Assembly: GCA_047495785.1 (NCBI GenBank)
Contig: JBLDXI010000048.1
Location: 1,116,001-1,180,000, forward strand
Direction: 5' to 3'
Source of the DNA: Lepidodermella squamata
Taxonomy: Eukaryota; Animalia; Gastrotricha
DNA length: 64,000 bases
Positions 34,268-45,928 of the stretch are shown here, piece after piece; positions within the stretch are counted from its first letter, which is position 1; the number at the start of each line of letters is the position of its first letter. A program made the position numbers and the translations under genes. The notes below the pieces were generated by a model that worked only from the letters and a program-made list of their open reading frames with translations, made no database searches and was not told where the DNA came from.

Positions 34268-34822
34268 TGACAATGCTCAATCGATCTGAATCGCCGTCAT
34301 ATGCTCAGTGCTAATTGTATTATCTATAAATCGACGTAAATGAATAAATCAGATGCTATCAAGTCGCGGTTGTTTTTTGTCTTATCGTTGGGCAGTATCG
34401 ATGAATCAAAATTCAGACACTTGACGCACATTTAATTTAAAGTGGTTGAGAAAACACTATGAAACCAGCAGAGAAGAACTAAAAGTTGTTTGCCTAATCC
34501 TGAAGCCGCATTTGAATCAGCTGCATATCTGGTAACATTGGCCTTCCGCCCCCTCACGGGTAGTCGTACATTCGCAAATTGTACTATGATAAGCTAATGA
34601 TAAGCGGCATATTTTATCGGTTGTACTCTATATGAAGGGCTAAATTTAGCACAGCTCGGCGGGCACTCGTTGCAAGATGAATAATAAATGTTCACACTTC
34701 GCAACGCCATTAAAATAATCAATGATTACGGTCAAAATTACTCATCATTGATCTTTTTCAATATGAATCACAAACCACAATTATAAAACCACCCAAATGC
34801 CTAACTCAATTTCTCAGCCACA

Positions 34823-35716
34823 ATGGAGAGTATGATGCCTGTACCCGAGAGCGTGAATTACCATTTCACTAGAAAATGCAACTATCAGTGCGGTTTTTGC
34901 TTCCATACCGCAAAGACAAGCTATGTAGTGCCATTGGACGAAGCTAAACGGGGAATGTCTCTCTTGAAGGAAGCTGGCATGCGGAAAATCAACTTCAGCG
35001 GAGGGGAGCCTTTTCTCTACAAGGAATTCCTCGGCGAAATGGTCAAATTTTGCAAGGATAACCTCAAACTGGAGTCAGTTAGCATTATCAGCAACGGCAG
35101 CCTAGTTAACGAGGACTGGTTTCGCGAATATGGCCGGTATCTTGATATAATGGGTGTTTCATGCGACAGTTTTGTCGAGGAAACCAATGTTAAAATTGGA
35201 CGCAGCTCGAAGGGCGGCAAGAAGGCCCACTTGCAGACTTTCCGCTATGTTCGCGATTTGTGCCAGAGCTACGATGTCCTTTTCAAAGTCAACACAGTTG
35301 TCAACACGTTCAACAAACACGAAGATATGAGTGAAGGAATCTGCGAGTTGAAACCTGTTCGTTGGAAGGTTTTCCAGTGTCTGCTGATCCCTGGCGAAAA
35401 TTGTGGCGATGATGCCTTGAGGAAAGCTGAAACCTTCGTTATAAGTGATGCCGATTTCGACGCATTCATCGAACGACATCGATCAGTTGATGCAATAAGG
35501 GATATCCTAAAGCCCGAGTCGAATCAAGCTATGCGGCAATCATATTTCATCGTAGATGAATACATGCGCTTTCTTGATGGTGGTACTAAGCGACCTAGTC
35601 GTTCGATTTTAGACGTTGGCGTAGCAAACGCGTTGCCTGGTGCAAAGTTTGACGAAGCAGAATTTTTGAAGCGCGGCGGCAAGTACGAATGGAGCAAGAT
35701 CTCATATGAATGGTGA
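34823..35716 (+). CDS. RSAD2: Viperin (radical SAM antiviral ddhNTP synthase)
   Basis: [20 protein letters not shown] (CxxxCxxC), [51 protein letters not shown] and a terminal Trp. Confidence 0.97.
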   Translation: MESMMPVPESVNYHFTRKCNYQCGFCFHTAKTSYVVPLDEAKRGMSLLKEAGMRKINFSGGEPFLYKEFLGEMVKFCKDNLKLESVSIISNGSLVNEDWFREYGRYLDIMGVSCDSFVEETNVKIGRSSKGGKKAHLQTFRYVRDLCQSYDVLFKVNTVVNTFNKHEDMSEGICELKPVRWKVFQCLLIPGENCGDDALRKAETFVISDADFDAFIERHRSVDAIRDILKPESNQAMRQSYFIVDEYMRFLDGGTKRPSRSILDVGVANALPGAKFDEAEFLKRGGKYEWSKISYEW

Positions 35717-35955
35717 CAAAGCTTCTCCTTGTGATCAAATATCTATTTTAGCCGGTTAGTGAAGCAAACTCAATCGGGAACTTCACCATAACTTCACCAT
35801 ATTAACTCCTCCAGATTTTTCTGATAAAGCCTTGCTTTCTCTAAAGTACCTATTAAAAACTATATAAAAAATCGAGCAAAAAATACTGCTAAAAAATCCA
35901 TCCTAATAACCAATTATTCGACAGTTCATATTGAAACTTCGCAGTAAAACAGCCG

Positions 35956-36324
35956 ATGAAAATGAAGATTGGGTCCCTCATTTTGGCTAGCATCGCCATT
36001 GTCACTGCTTGTAACTCAGAATTAGAAGATGTAGGACGGTTTCACACAGAGGGCGATGATGAGTGCCTAGATCACTGTTACGATCTACAGCTCGAGCCGC
36101 GTTTTTTCGACGGCGAGTTCCTCAACTGCAAGTGTGAAGCAAAGGAGCCCGTGTTTGAGAATATTGCTGATGAAGAGGAGTGTGCAATTTGGTGCTCTTA
36201 TTCGGCGTATGAATACCTACTAAAAGACTTGCTGCCAGATTTCGATCCGGTCACAAAAATTTGCCGATGCCACACCCCCGAGCTAGTGGAGGATAACGCT
36301 GAAACGATGCACGGTCATGAGTAG
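35956..36324 (+). CDS. Small secreted acidic Cys-rich protein with two CxxxC...CxC units
   Basis: Signal-peptide-like N-terminus; ECLDHC...CKC and ECAIWC...CRC; TATATAAA near 35861. Confidence 0.75.
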   Translation: MKMKIGSLILASIAIVTACNSELEDVGRFHTEGDDECLDHCYDLQLEPRFFDGEFLNCKCEAKEPVFENIADEEECAIWCSYSAYEYLLKDLLPDFDPVTKICRCHTPELVEDNAETMHGHE

Positions 36325-38647
36325 CAGCTAATTTTATTGGGCAGAAACCCATGCTTGTGTTAAAGCAGGTGTATCTGGAAATTTGTCATCAGTTTTAATG
36401 AATTTTAGGCGAGCGAACCAATTTTTGCATAAAGTTGCACATTCATTGCGGATAATTTTGGGCGCATATTTTTGCATACTGAACGGGATTGCGACTTTAT
36501 TTCAGTTTTTAGTCGATGATTGGGTCAACAAATTATAAACAAATGGCGCAACATCTGTTTAAAAAAACCGAAATTTCTTCACACAGCCGCATTCCACACA
36601 GTCAAAACCGCTTTTCACTTTAAATTCAGGTTGAAAAAATCAATCGTATCCTTATTCATTGTTTTTCTTCGATATTTGAGCGGATTATTGCGAGTTAAAT
36701 AGGGTGGTCGGGAAGATGATAATTTTTAAACAATTATCACGACTTATTTGATTTATTTAGCTGTTGAGCTTGTTTAGCCACTTTTAGTTTATTTTAAGCT
36801 GGATGTCGTTCAAAAATGGACTGCTGAGACTCTGTTTACCAAGTTTGCTAGCAAGCTGTGCGAGTGCGGCACATGACTGCGAACTACGCAAATGTCAAGT
36901 GTAAGCTCAACGTTGTCCATTTCCAGGCTGGAAAAAACACGATTTATTGACATTCTTTGACCATCATTTGAGGGCGAATCTCGCAAAAATGCAAATGCCT
37001 TCTAAATTTATAACCGCAGCGATGCGCAGTGGTAAAATTTATTTACTAGGCAGTTTACCGAGTAAATAAAAGCTTTATCTCTTCCCAAACAACCATTTTC
37101 GAGATTTTGATTATGTCACTCTAGAACTTGGTTAATAATAGAATTTTATAGAATTTTTTATAGAATAAAATGACCATCGTTGTTAAGTTAACTTTTGGCT
37201 ATAAACCACTCTGCGAAAATGTTTGATCGCCAAGTTACAACGTGTTGCCATTAGCTCATCTCGTCAATAGTATAATACCTGTCACCATAGATCCGAGAGT
37301 GGAGGCTTAGGAAGCATTGAATACGTGTGGCTTTAATGGGGTTTTATCTGTTTCTAGAATCCGCTTATCCCTCTCACGAAAAATCCTTCTCGGCCACATC
37401 AATCGGCTACAATTCCGCATTACAGACAGGTTCAAGTAATGAAAACGACCGACAAACGACAAACGCTGGAACTTATGTTACGAACATTGTCGCTCGAATT
37501 TAAGGCTTTCGGCTTAAGATAGCAATTTTGACCTGGGCGTCTTGGCCTTGCTTCAGACAACTCTATGCTTTCATAACCACCTCAAGTTTGAAACGGCGAT
37601 AATTTCGAAATCCTGTAGCTTGGTTTTAGCTTAGTATCAAGGTTAATGGCCCTATTTTACAAACGCTCTCATTTATGAACTTGAGGAAATATTTATCAGA
37701 TAGACTTATTTTGCATTCGATCATTTTTGGATCAATAGCGAAACCAGTATATCTCCCTATCCTAAAGCTATCTTCCTAACTATCCTACTGTGTTTCAAGC
37801 ATAAAAAATTGTGGGAAGCATAGGCAATTTAAGGCAGTTCATAAAAAAAAACGACTCACGAAGTATCTCCGCAATACTGTAAGGAACCATAAAACGACGT
37901 GTTTTTGCTCTTGGTTCTTGGTTCGAAAGGATTAGCCTTTCGAATTATCAGAATCTAAAACATCAGCGATTATTATCAGGCACCAGGCGAGCAAATATTA
38001 TTGCGCCAAAAATACAGACTCGTTTCAAGACAATATCGACGATGTGCGTCACAAGTTATAACTCTCGCCGCGTTTGTCAATAGCGCTACCATTTCCTATA
38101 GCGTGTCACGGGTGACTCCTCGAATCCAGTGCAATGGTCACGAGTTAGTGAGGTTCAATGACGCACGAAGTGTGGTATATAGAGTCCGGTAATATTAATG
38201 TAATTTATTAAGCTGTTTCATAGCATACTTGTTACTTTCGCTACGCTGTCTTGAATCTTGATACGATACATTTGCTCATCACGTCCAACAATCGTTCTCT
38301 TTAGGTCATAACTTCCTTTTAGGAAAGATTTTAGGCAGATTTTAGGAAGATTTGCTTGATTTATTTCGTGCTCTTGTTCGTTTATTGTTATTGAACGTAC
38401 AATTTTATTAAAGACAGCTGATTAGGGATCAACTGAATTCACTCGTTCCTCCCTAGTCATGACAATCGAATACCCCAGCGAGGAATTCGCTTCATACACA
38501 TAGCTAACACATAATTCACCGCCAACTTTCACCGCAAACTATTTTACTGCTCAGCATTCTTTGCATGGATAATTTACTCACAAGAAATATTTCTTAAATT
38601 GTCTTCTCTATTTCATTTTATTCTGGACTTCTAGGGATTAATAGATA

Positions 38648-40250
38648 ATGCTGTTGATTTGCGTTGCGCTACTATCGGTAGTGGCCTACCTGTACATCTA
38701 CCGCAAATTCGTTATCTTCAGGACGCTCTCGCGGGAAGGAATACCTGGCCCAGAGCCGCACTGGATCACTGGCAATTTGTGCGCATTCGCCAACCAATCC
38801 ACGCGTCACTTGGCCATGATGAAATGGGCGAAAAAGTACGGCAAAATCTACGGTTATTACGAAGGCCCTAGTCCAACAATCGTTTCGTCTGACCTCGATT
38901 TCATTTCTCAAGTTTACGTCAAACAATTCCCGTCATTCCACAGCCATAAATACTTCATGCTACAACCTGATCCTAACTCAAATGATGAGCCGCTGTCTAT
39001 CAATCAAGTCCGGGGTGAAAGGTGGAAGCGGTTGCGGACCCTTATGAACCCAATGTTCTCAGTTGCGAAGACTAAGTTGCTGATGCCTCTGTTTGCGAAG
39101 TGCCAGCAGGATTTCATGGATCTCTTAGAGCGAAAGGTCAAAGGCAGTGAAGATGGCATTGAAATTTTCGAATGCTCCCAGCTGTTGGCCATGGATACCA
39201 TTGCGACGGTTGCTTTCGGCGTCGAATTCAACGGATGCACCTCCGACCTAGGGTTGAATCATCCGTTTCTCCGCATTCTTCGTAAAAGAATGGCTGACGT
39301 AGCCGGGATTCCGATAACTTCATACTTCGCCCTCCTTCTACCGGATTTGTTTCAATTCTTCCGATCTCTGGAGTTGGTCAAAGGTCGAATCATGAATGCA
39401 GGAATGCTGATCTCGACGAGACGCATGTGGGACGTGATGCGGAACGTGATTAAAGAACGCAAAGCTGATGAATCGAAGCGACGGCCTGATATCCTACAGA
39501 CAATGATCGATGTTGAGGAATCTAACGTTGACTCCAAGTCGCTGAACGGTATGAAAGGGTTCACGACAGAAGAAATAGTCGGGCAAGCGTTTTTCCTTAT
39601 GAATGCTGGTTTTGAGGTATGTTACAACATCCCTGATTGTTATGAAATCTTACAATCTGTTTTAGACCACTGCCGCAACTTTGGCGCTATGCTGTCACCT
39701 CTTGGCTCATAATCCTGATGTGCAAAAGAAGTTGTTAGCCGAGATTGACAATGCGTTTCAGGATGAGAAGCAAGAGGTAACCTATGAATCTCTTCAGGAG
39801 CTCAAGTACCTCGGAGCAGTGATAAACGAGACGCTCCGGCTCTACCCAATCGCCTCGCAGGTTGTCCACCGACTCGCCGTGGAAGATGCGACAATCTCAG
39901 GCATCAACATTCGTCAAGGAACGGGCATAATAGCTGATGTTTGGTCCGTTCATCGTGATGCCGAGCAATGGGGTCCTGTTGATGTTGAGCGATTCCACCC
40001 TGAAAGATTCCTACCCGACTACCCAACAGCCGCGACAAGGCACGACGCAGCTTTCATACCATTCGGATTCGGACCTCGCGTATGCTTAGGCATGAGGTTC
40101 GCCCATCTGCTAATCAAAATGACTCTGGTCAATATTCTGAGGAAATACCGCGTTGAAGTTATGCCAGGCAAGGCTGAGCCATTGGTGATGAGCACAAGTT
40201 TTATCACTACCCCAAATGAAGTATGGCTGAAACTTGAAAAGCGCTATTGA
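38648..40250 (+). CDS. Cytochrome P450, clan 3-like; two exons (intron 39617-39665)
   Basis: N-terminal TM segment and PGP, AGFE|TT across a 49-bp GT-AG intron, ETLR, PERF and heme motif FGFGPRVCLG. Confidence 0.95.
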
Positions 40251-41041
40251 TATGTACACTCATTTCATGATCTGTAGAATTTCGCTTTTTTGTTGTGAAT
40301 ATGATTTGACTTTTCAGCTTTTAAGGTCTGCTTATCTCTCTCTCTCTTACGGTGACTATACTTATTAATTTTGATATGCCTTAATACGAGACATAATATT
40401 TATAAAAATATACCTGACATATAGCAATAAACAAGCTTATCTGAGCGCCGTGTTTTTTGGCTGGCGTGTCATGTGGGTTCTAATATGCCGTAATATTAGT
40501 ACTGTAGTGCGAAAACACGTGAAAAATAACGACGAGCGCACAAGCTGAACAAACAGCATACTTATACGTATAACTCTACTATATATGACCTCGACGCCGC
40601 TGTGAAAAAAATGCATTAGAGCGGCCAAAATACATACAGAAAAAAGTATTCGAACTCAACACATTTAGTCTATACATCACCTGGCCACGCGGCCTATAGT
40701 TGTTTTTCTGCCTTATTTTTCTAGAATATTCCAGCTGATTTCTCGTAAAAATCTAAATTTTTTTCCTAATTCATAGAGCGTATTTTCCAACTTACTACCA
40801 GCTGGTGTTTAGTGGCCAATTTTCATGGCACGTGCCCATATTTTTTGCCTCGAATTATTTCTCCATCATCTCAATAACAATTTTATTTATTTATGTAGTC
40901 TGCTGCTTTATCTGTACACCACATGCTGCGCTATGACTTTCCTTATATAATCTCCAATTTGGGATCTTGTGGGTTTGTGGTTTCATTTCAACGAATTTTC
41001 CATTCTATAGATCTACATTACATTCTTATCAGCAATTTACC

Positions 41042-41666
41042 ATGAGCAGCAAGCGTGAATTTGATCGTCATTCCGGTTCGAATAAGACCGGTGTCAAGGC
41101 TGTTGACAAGCGTGAAGGCGGCGGTGCCCACAACTGGGGCTCGGTTCGCGATGAAGCCGATGCCGCTATTGAAGAAATCCACGCCGAGGGTGGCGCTAAC
41201 GAAGCTCAGGTAATTGCCAAAATTAAAAAAAATTATTCTCATCTCAAAACAATTTTTTCTCGATTTTTAAAAATTCTACAAAAATTCGCCAAATATTTAG
41301 AGAATTTTAGTTTATTTTTAACAATTTATTTGTTCATTTTTTCTTGTGGAATTTTTAAAAAAATTCCAAATTTCCCACAAATTATTAATCACTTGACGTT
41401 TGGACATTTTTTCATCAGTAATTTTGATGAAATATAGAAAATAAATTATTACTAATTTTTTCTGAACTTTTTTTAAACGGTATACCAAACTGCGCTAATT
41501 CTCGAAATTTAGTAAATAATTGTTGGATTTTATCTAAATTTTCCTGAATTTTTTGCATTAATAGGATGAGGACGTCGATCTCGGTAAGCTCAAGCCGAAG
41601 GAAATCACCCTGAAGGAGTACCTCGAACAGGAGGAAGCTAAGAAGGCCGCCGCGAAAACTAACTAA
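41042..41666 (+). CDS. Short SERBP1/HABP4/VIG-like RNA-binding protein; exons 41042-41209 and 41565-41666
   Basis: [28 protein letters not shown], then after a GT-AG intron [10 protein letters not shown] (compare SERBP1 KEMTLDEW). 89 aa as modelled. Confidence 0.8.
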
Positions 41667-42830
41667 AACCCGGCAAGCCGTTCTCCCTCTCAACAGCTGC
41701 CATATTTCAAGATTCCGACGCGCGTTCTTTCCCTATAATCAATTACCGTATATACTGACTATGTTTGAAAAATGCGCAGTGAAACAGTGATAATAATAAA
41801 ATTGGTTTCTTTATCCTCGTCTTTCGTTTTTCTCGCGTTCACACACCAGTAGTAACCACTTGTGAACAGAGCCAGGGCAATCTAACAATATTCCTTCAGT
41901 TAGACAATGTTGTGCCTCTCACTCTCAGCTCGACCCTGCCCAGCGTTTACGTGAGTGTTGGAACCAGTCCATTGAATCTGTAAGAGGCATCAAGCAATTT
42001 GAACATGGACTAAGTCACTAGAAGTCATCTCAAAAGGGTAAAAAGTCGCACTCAACAGCTGGGAAGGCTTCAACGATGTTACCCGCTTGCCCCAAATGTT
42101 CAAATTGAAACTTGGCCTAGACGCAAGACGGAAAGAGTGGGAACGGCCCTGGAAAACTCGACCAGCTTGGTTCGTCGCCAGAGGGTTGGCAAGGGATGGA
42201 AAACCAGACTCACGCCTAGCATCAACCTCCTTCGAAGTTTCAGGTAAACCAGGGCAACAAATCTCTTGTAAGCCTCGGTATTACCGTCCTTAAGCTTCCA
42301 GTTCGGGTTTCAGGTTGCTGTCATTCTCGGCCTGGCACATGTACTACATAGCCATTTTACAACCGAGTTCATCAACACCCCCACAGCCGAGTTCTGTTGT
42401 CAAAAAATGAGTCCTCGCCTTCACGCTCACCGCTCGTGAAGAAGACCATGTCGGAGAAACCATCTTTGATGACGTGTTGATCACCTTCCGACTACGCCTC
42501 TGCTGTAGCCGCCTTTTTCATTATCTTGCGCATCAAATAGATTCTGAGCGTTTTCGCGACTGGTTCGGGCCAGGCCTAGACGATTGTTGGAACCCCTTGG
42601 ATTATGCATGTCGCCATAGGCTGCTCCCAAACAAAACAGCGAAAAAAGCTATAGCTGCCATTTCTGGAATTCTGAGAAATTGGAATGGTCCTCCTTTTTC
42701 GACTGTTATAAATAGTACGTTCAATGGGAGAACCTGGGCGCTATTTACATTACCCGATGACTTATTATGACCGATTTCAAGGGCTCTCATTTATTCTAGT
42801 TGGGCGTGCCCATTGCATTTTTATTAAAGG

Positions 42831-44262
42831 TTAACATTTCCGACACTTCTTCCTGTTGTAACAGTGATTTTCAGATGAAGATCTGAAATATAACGGCGGC
42901 ATATCTGGAAACTTTCGCATTTTCTTCGGCTTGAGAAGTTCATCCTTGTATTTCAGCATTGACGGGTGCCATTCGCTTAGTTCAAAGCAAACCTTGTGGA
43001 CATCTTCTTTCTTAAGCGAACAGAATGCAGGCTGAGATTCGCCAGGCCGCAAATTCCTACATTTCTCGGCAAGGATAAGTTCCCTGTTTTGACATTCATA
43101 TGCCACCTTGAAAACGGGCAGTTGCTGAATAAATCTCGTCACGTTCTCGAAATGGGCTGATAGATTCAAATAAACTGCGTACTTGGTATTGCCGCATTTA
43201 ACTAGATCAGAAATTGAAATAAAATAAATTGGAAAAACTAGATCAGAATTTCGGCAAGCTTTGTTTTACCTGGGTTTTTTCCTACAATAGTATTCGCGAC
43301 TCCGGTCAGTTGATACCGGCCTGATTTCTTGTCCTTACAAAACAAAGGACCACCAGAGTCCCCAGGGCAGATATCAGTCCATTTGTCGTTGATTTTATCC
43401 TTATAGGTACACATATTGCGTTGACGCTTGACTTCCTCTACCGTGAAGCCTTCTGGGCATTCATCTCGCAGTTTTAATTTCCCGAGCAATCCTTGATTAG
43501 TTCGAGAATTCTCCAAGCCATTTTTCCTACCCCAACCCATGGCGAAGCAGTCAAGCTCAGATGTGATGTTGTATAGGAGTTCTACTACAGAATAGTCTGG
43601 CAGGCATACATGGTTTTCTGGTTTTGCTGTTTGGTCGGTAAAGAAGCCATTTTCAAGATCGAGGTGGAGGAACGCTATATCTGCCCCTTTATCCCGATAT
43701 AGATCTTCGTAATAGCAACATTCAGGTTGATTCGAGGCAAAATGTAGACACAAACCTTGGTCCAGCATGTTGAAGTCCTGATGGTAAAAGGCGTGGTCAA
43801 CTGGAATTTCCGCGATATTATGACCGTGCAGCGGTCTACTTCCGATTCTTACGATGATTGCCGGTTTTGACGTACACCGGTCAAAATCGTTGTTCAGCCG
43901 CTCAGTACAATTGCCTGGAGATGCGTGGTTGCATTTTTGAACGCAATGTGCCGCTGTCATGACCAAGTCAGGCTTCACAAGGGCTCCAGAGCATTTTACG
44001 AATTTGTCAGTTCTTAAATAATGGTTGCTATTGCTGGAAAATTAGTTAGCATTCTGATTTCAAACCCGAATCTTGTCGAAAAGGTTTCGCCCAAGTTGTC
44101 CCGCATGAGAACTAGAACCAGCCATCCTATATTGCTTTTGTAAGGCAGTCCGTTAGCAATGCGCAAGCCAGAGACCCTCCTGAATTGTGAATTTAAAGAT
44201 TTGAATTGACATTGAATGACTCATGCAAACCTCTGGACAAGCTGTGGGTTTACACAATTCCT
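42831..44262 (-). CDS. Trypsin-like S1 serine protease, multi-exon, 5' end unresolved
   Basis: R|IANG activation site in an exon near 44070-44181, TAAHC, DIAFL and DICPGDSGGP (S1 Asp), plus a Cys-containing C-terminal extension. Confidence 0.85.
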
Positions 44263-44792
44263 GTAACCTTGATTTTCGAAGTAAAATTCCTGATTCCAAA
44301 TTTTAATGAGAACAGAAAATGCTTCATACCTAAAGTATTAGTTATTTCATATGTGTACTGACTTCCCTCTAAGAATGAATATAAATTTAGACTAAAAATC
44401 AAGATTTTCGTGAACGAAATAATCATGTTTCCTTCCGTCGAGTCAAAACTAACTCACTTGCTCCCCAGTTTTACGTTTGAGGCGCGTGATTTGAATATAC
44501 GGAATTATGTGGAAATTCCTCTCTTTCGGCAAATTAATTTTGGTTTCTTTCCATGGCTCAATGTTCCAATTTTACCCATTCTCGTTATTAAGGATTACCT
44601 CGACTTTTCCACAGTTAGCACCATCTTTTGTTTGCTTTGCTCGCACGCAATGAAACAGGTTTTCTCATAACCTGCTAGTGTAGCTGTAACATTTGCTAAC
44701 TAATGAGCTGGTCGTTTGAACAGATCAACAGCTGTGACTTACCTCGCATACTTTTGTTGTAATAACACATTCTATTTTCGAAGGTCAACTTC

Positions 44793-45474
44793 ATGGAAAT
44801 GAAGGACGAGCCGCTCGAACACGACGACGGATGTCTCGTAGCACATCATGAATCTCAGCCGATTTTGAGCAATACTATCTACCACCCTCCAATTAATGAG
44901 GATTTTCACAATCCGTACGCGCACTATCCGACCTCACCGGCTGAGAGCCCATTCCCAACCTTGGCTTCAATGTTTCCTGAGTACGCAATTCACACGTTAG
45001 TTACGTCACCTCCGCCTCCGCCACTAGTCCACTACGACTCGTTTGCTGCATCGTATGTCGAGCCTCAATATCATTTTGTAGCCCAGTCTGGTTATGGTCA
45101 GCAAGCGGAAATTTTGCCTTACTCTCCGAACAGTTCAAGTGAAAATGGGCAGGTTAATTTTGTTACTTTTTCATTGTTTATATTTCTATACGAAATTGTT
45201 CTCTCAGAACCATAGTGATGATGACAAACCTCAGTTTCCGTGCAACTATTGCCAGAAAGTTTACCGAAACAAGCAAAGTTTGCGAATTCATGTTGTAAAG
45301 ATGCATCTCGATGAGCTGCCCGGTGAACATGTTAGCTGTCCAAGCTGTTCGCGACGATTCGCTGGTGCGACATCGCTTAAACTTCACTTTGCAAGCAATC
45401 AGCTATGTGCGGCGAGGAGGGACGAGCTGGCAGGTTTGATGAACCAAGCTCAGCCTATTCATCAACAATTTTAA
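44793..45474 (+). CDS. C2H2 zinc-finger protein; intron 45153-45207
   Basis: A Pro/Ser-rich exon splices in phase 0 to CNYCQKVY...HVVKMH and CPSCSRRF...HFASNQLC. Confidence 0.85.
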
Positions 45475-45928
45475 CACCTGAATTGACTGTCGGTTGATCC
45501 TTTTCTATGTACTGAGTTTGAAAAATCAATAAAAAGCCTTTTTCACCTCATACAATCAGATTTTTTCGATTCCCCGTGTCTCAAGATTCTTGTCCTCTTT
45601 TTCGGATGAAAATATGTTTTCAACTCTCAGTGTTTTATATATCAAGTGTTCATTGTTGATTTTTCCGCAGTTTCCAACGGCTCTACTAAATATACCCGCT
45701 CGTGTTCAAGTAGGCGCGTGAAAAAAGCCCAACAGAACAGAAATTCAATGTCGTGTAAACGGTTGCACATTGTTAACTCGGCAAAAAATGAGATGTCACG
45801 CGCAGTTGGCTTAGCCTTATACAGACGTACACACCCCCGCGATTGCGTGATGAACTTTAAATTGGCGTTGATTTTGAGGTTGCATGCGGTAAATTTAGCC
45901 ACACATCCCAAGATCATTCTTGAAAATC

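Noticed and set aside
41850-42770. Possible decayed coding or retroelement sequence
   Set aside because: The frames are interrupted and I recognised no protein motif. It needs BLASTX.
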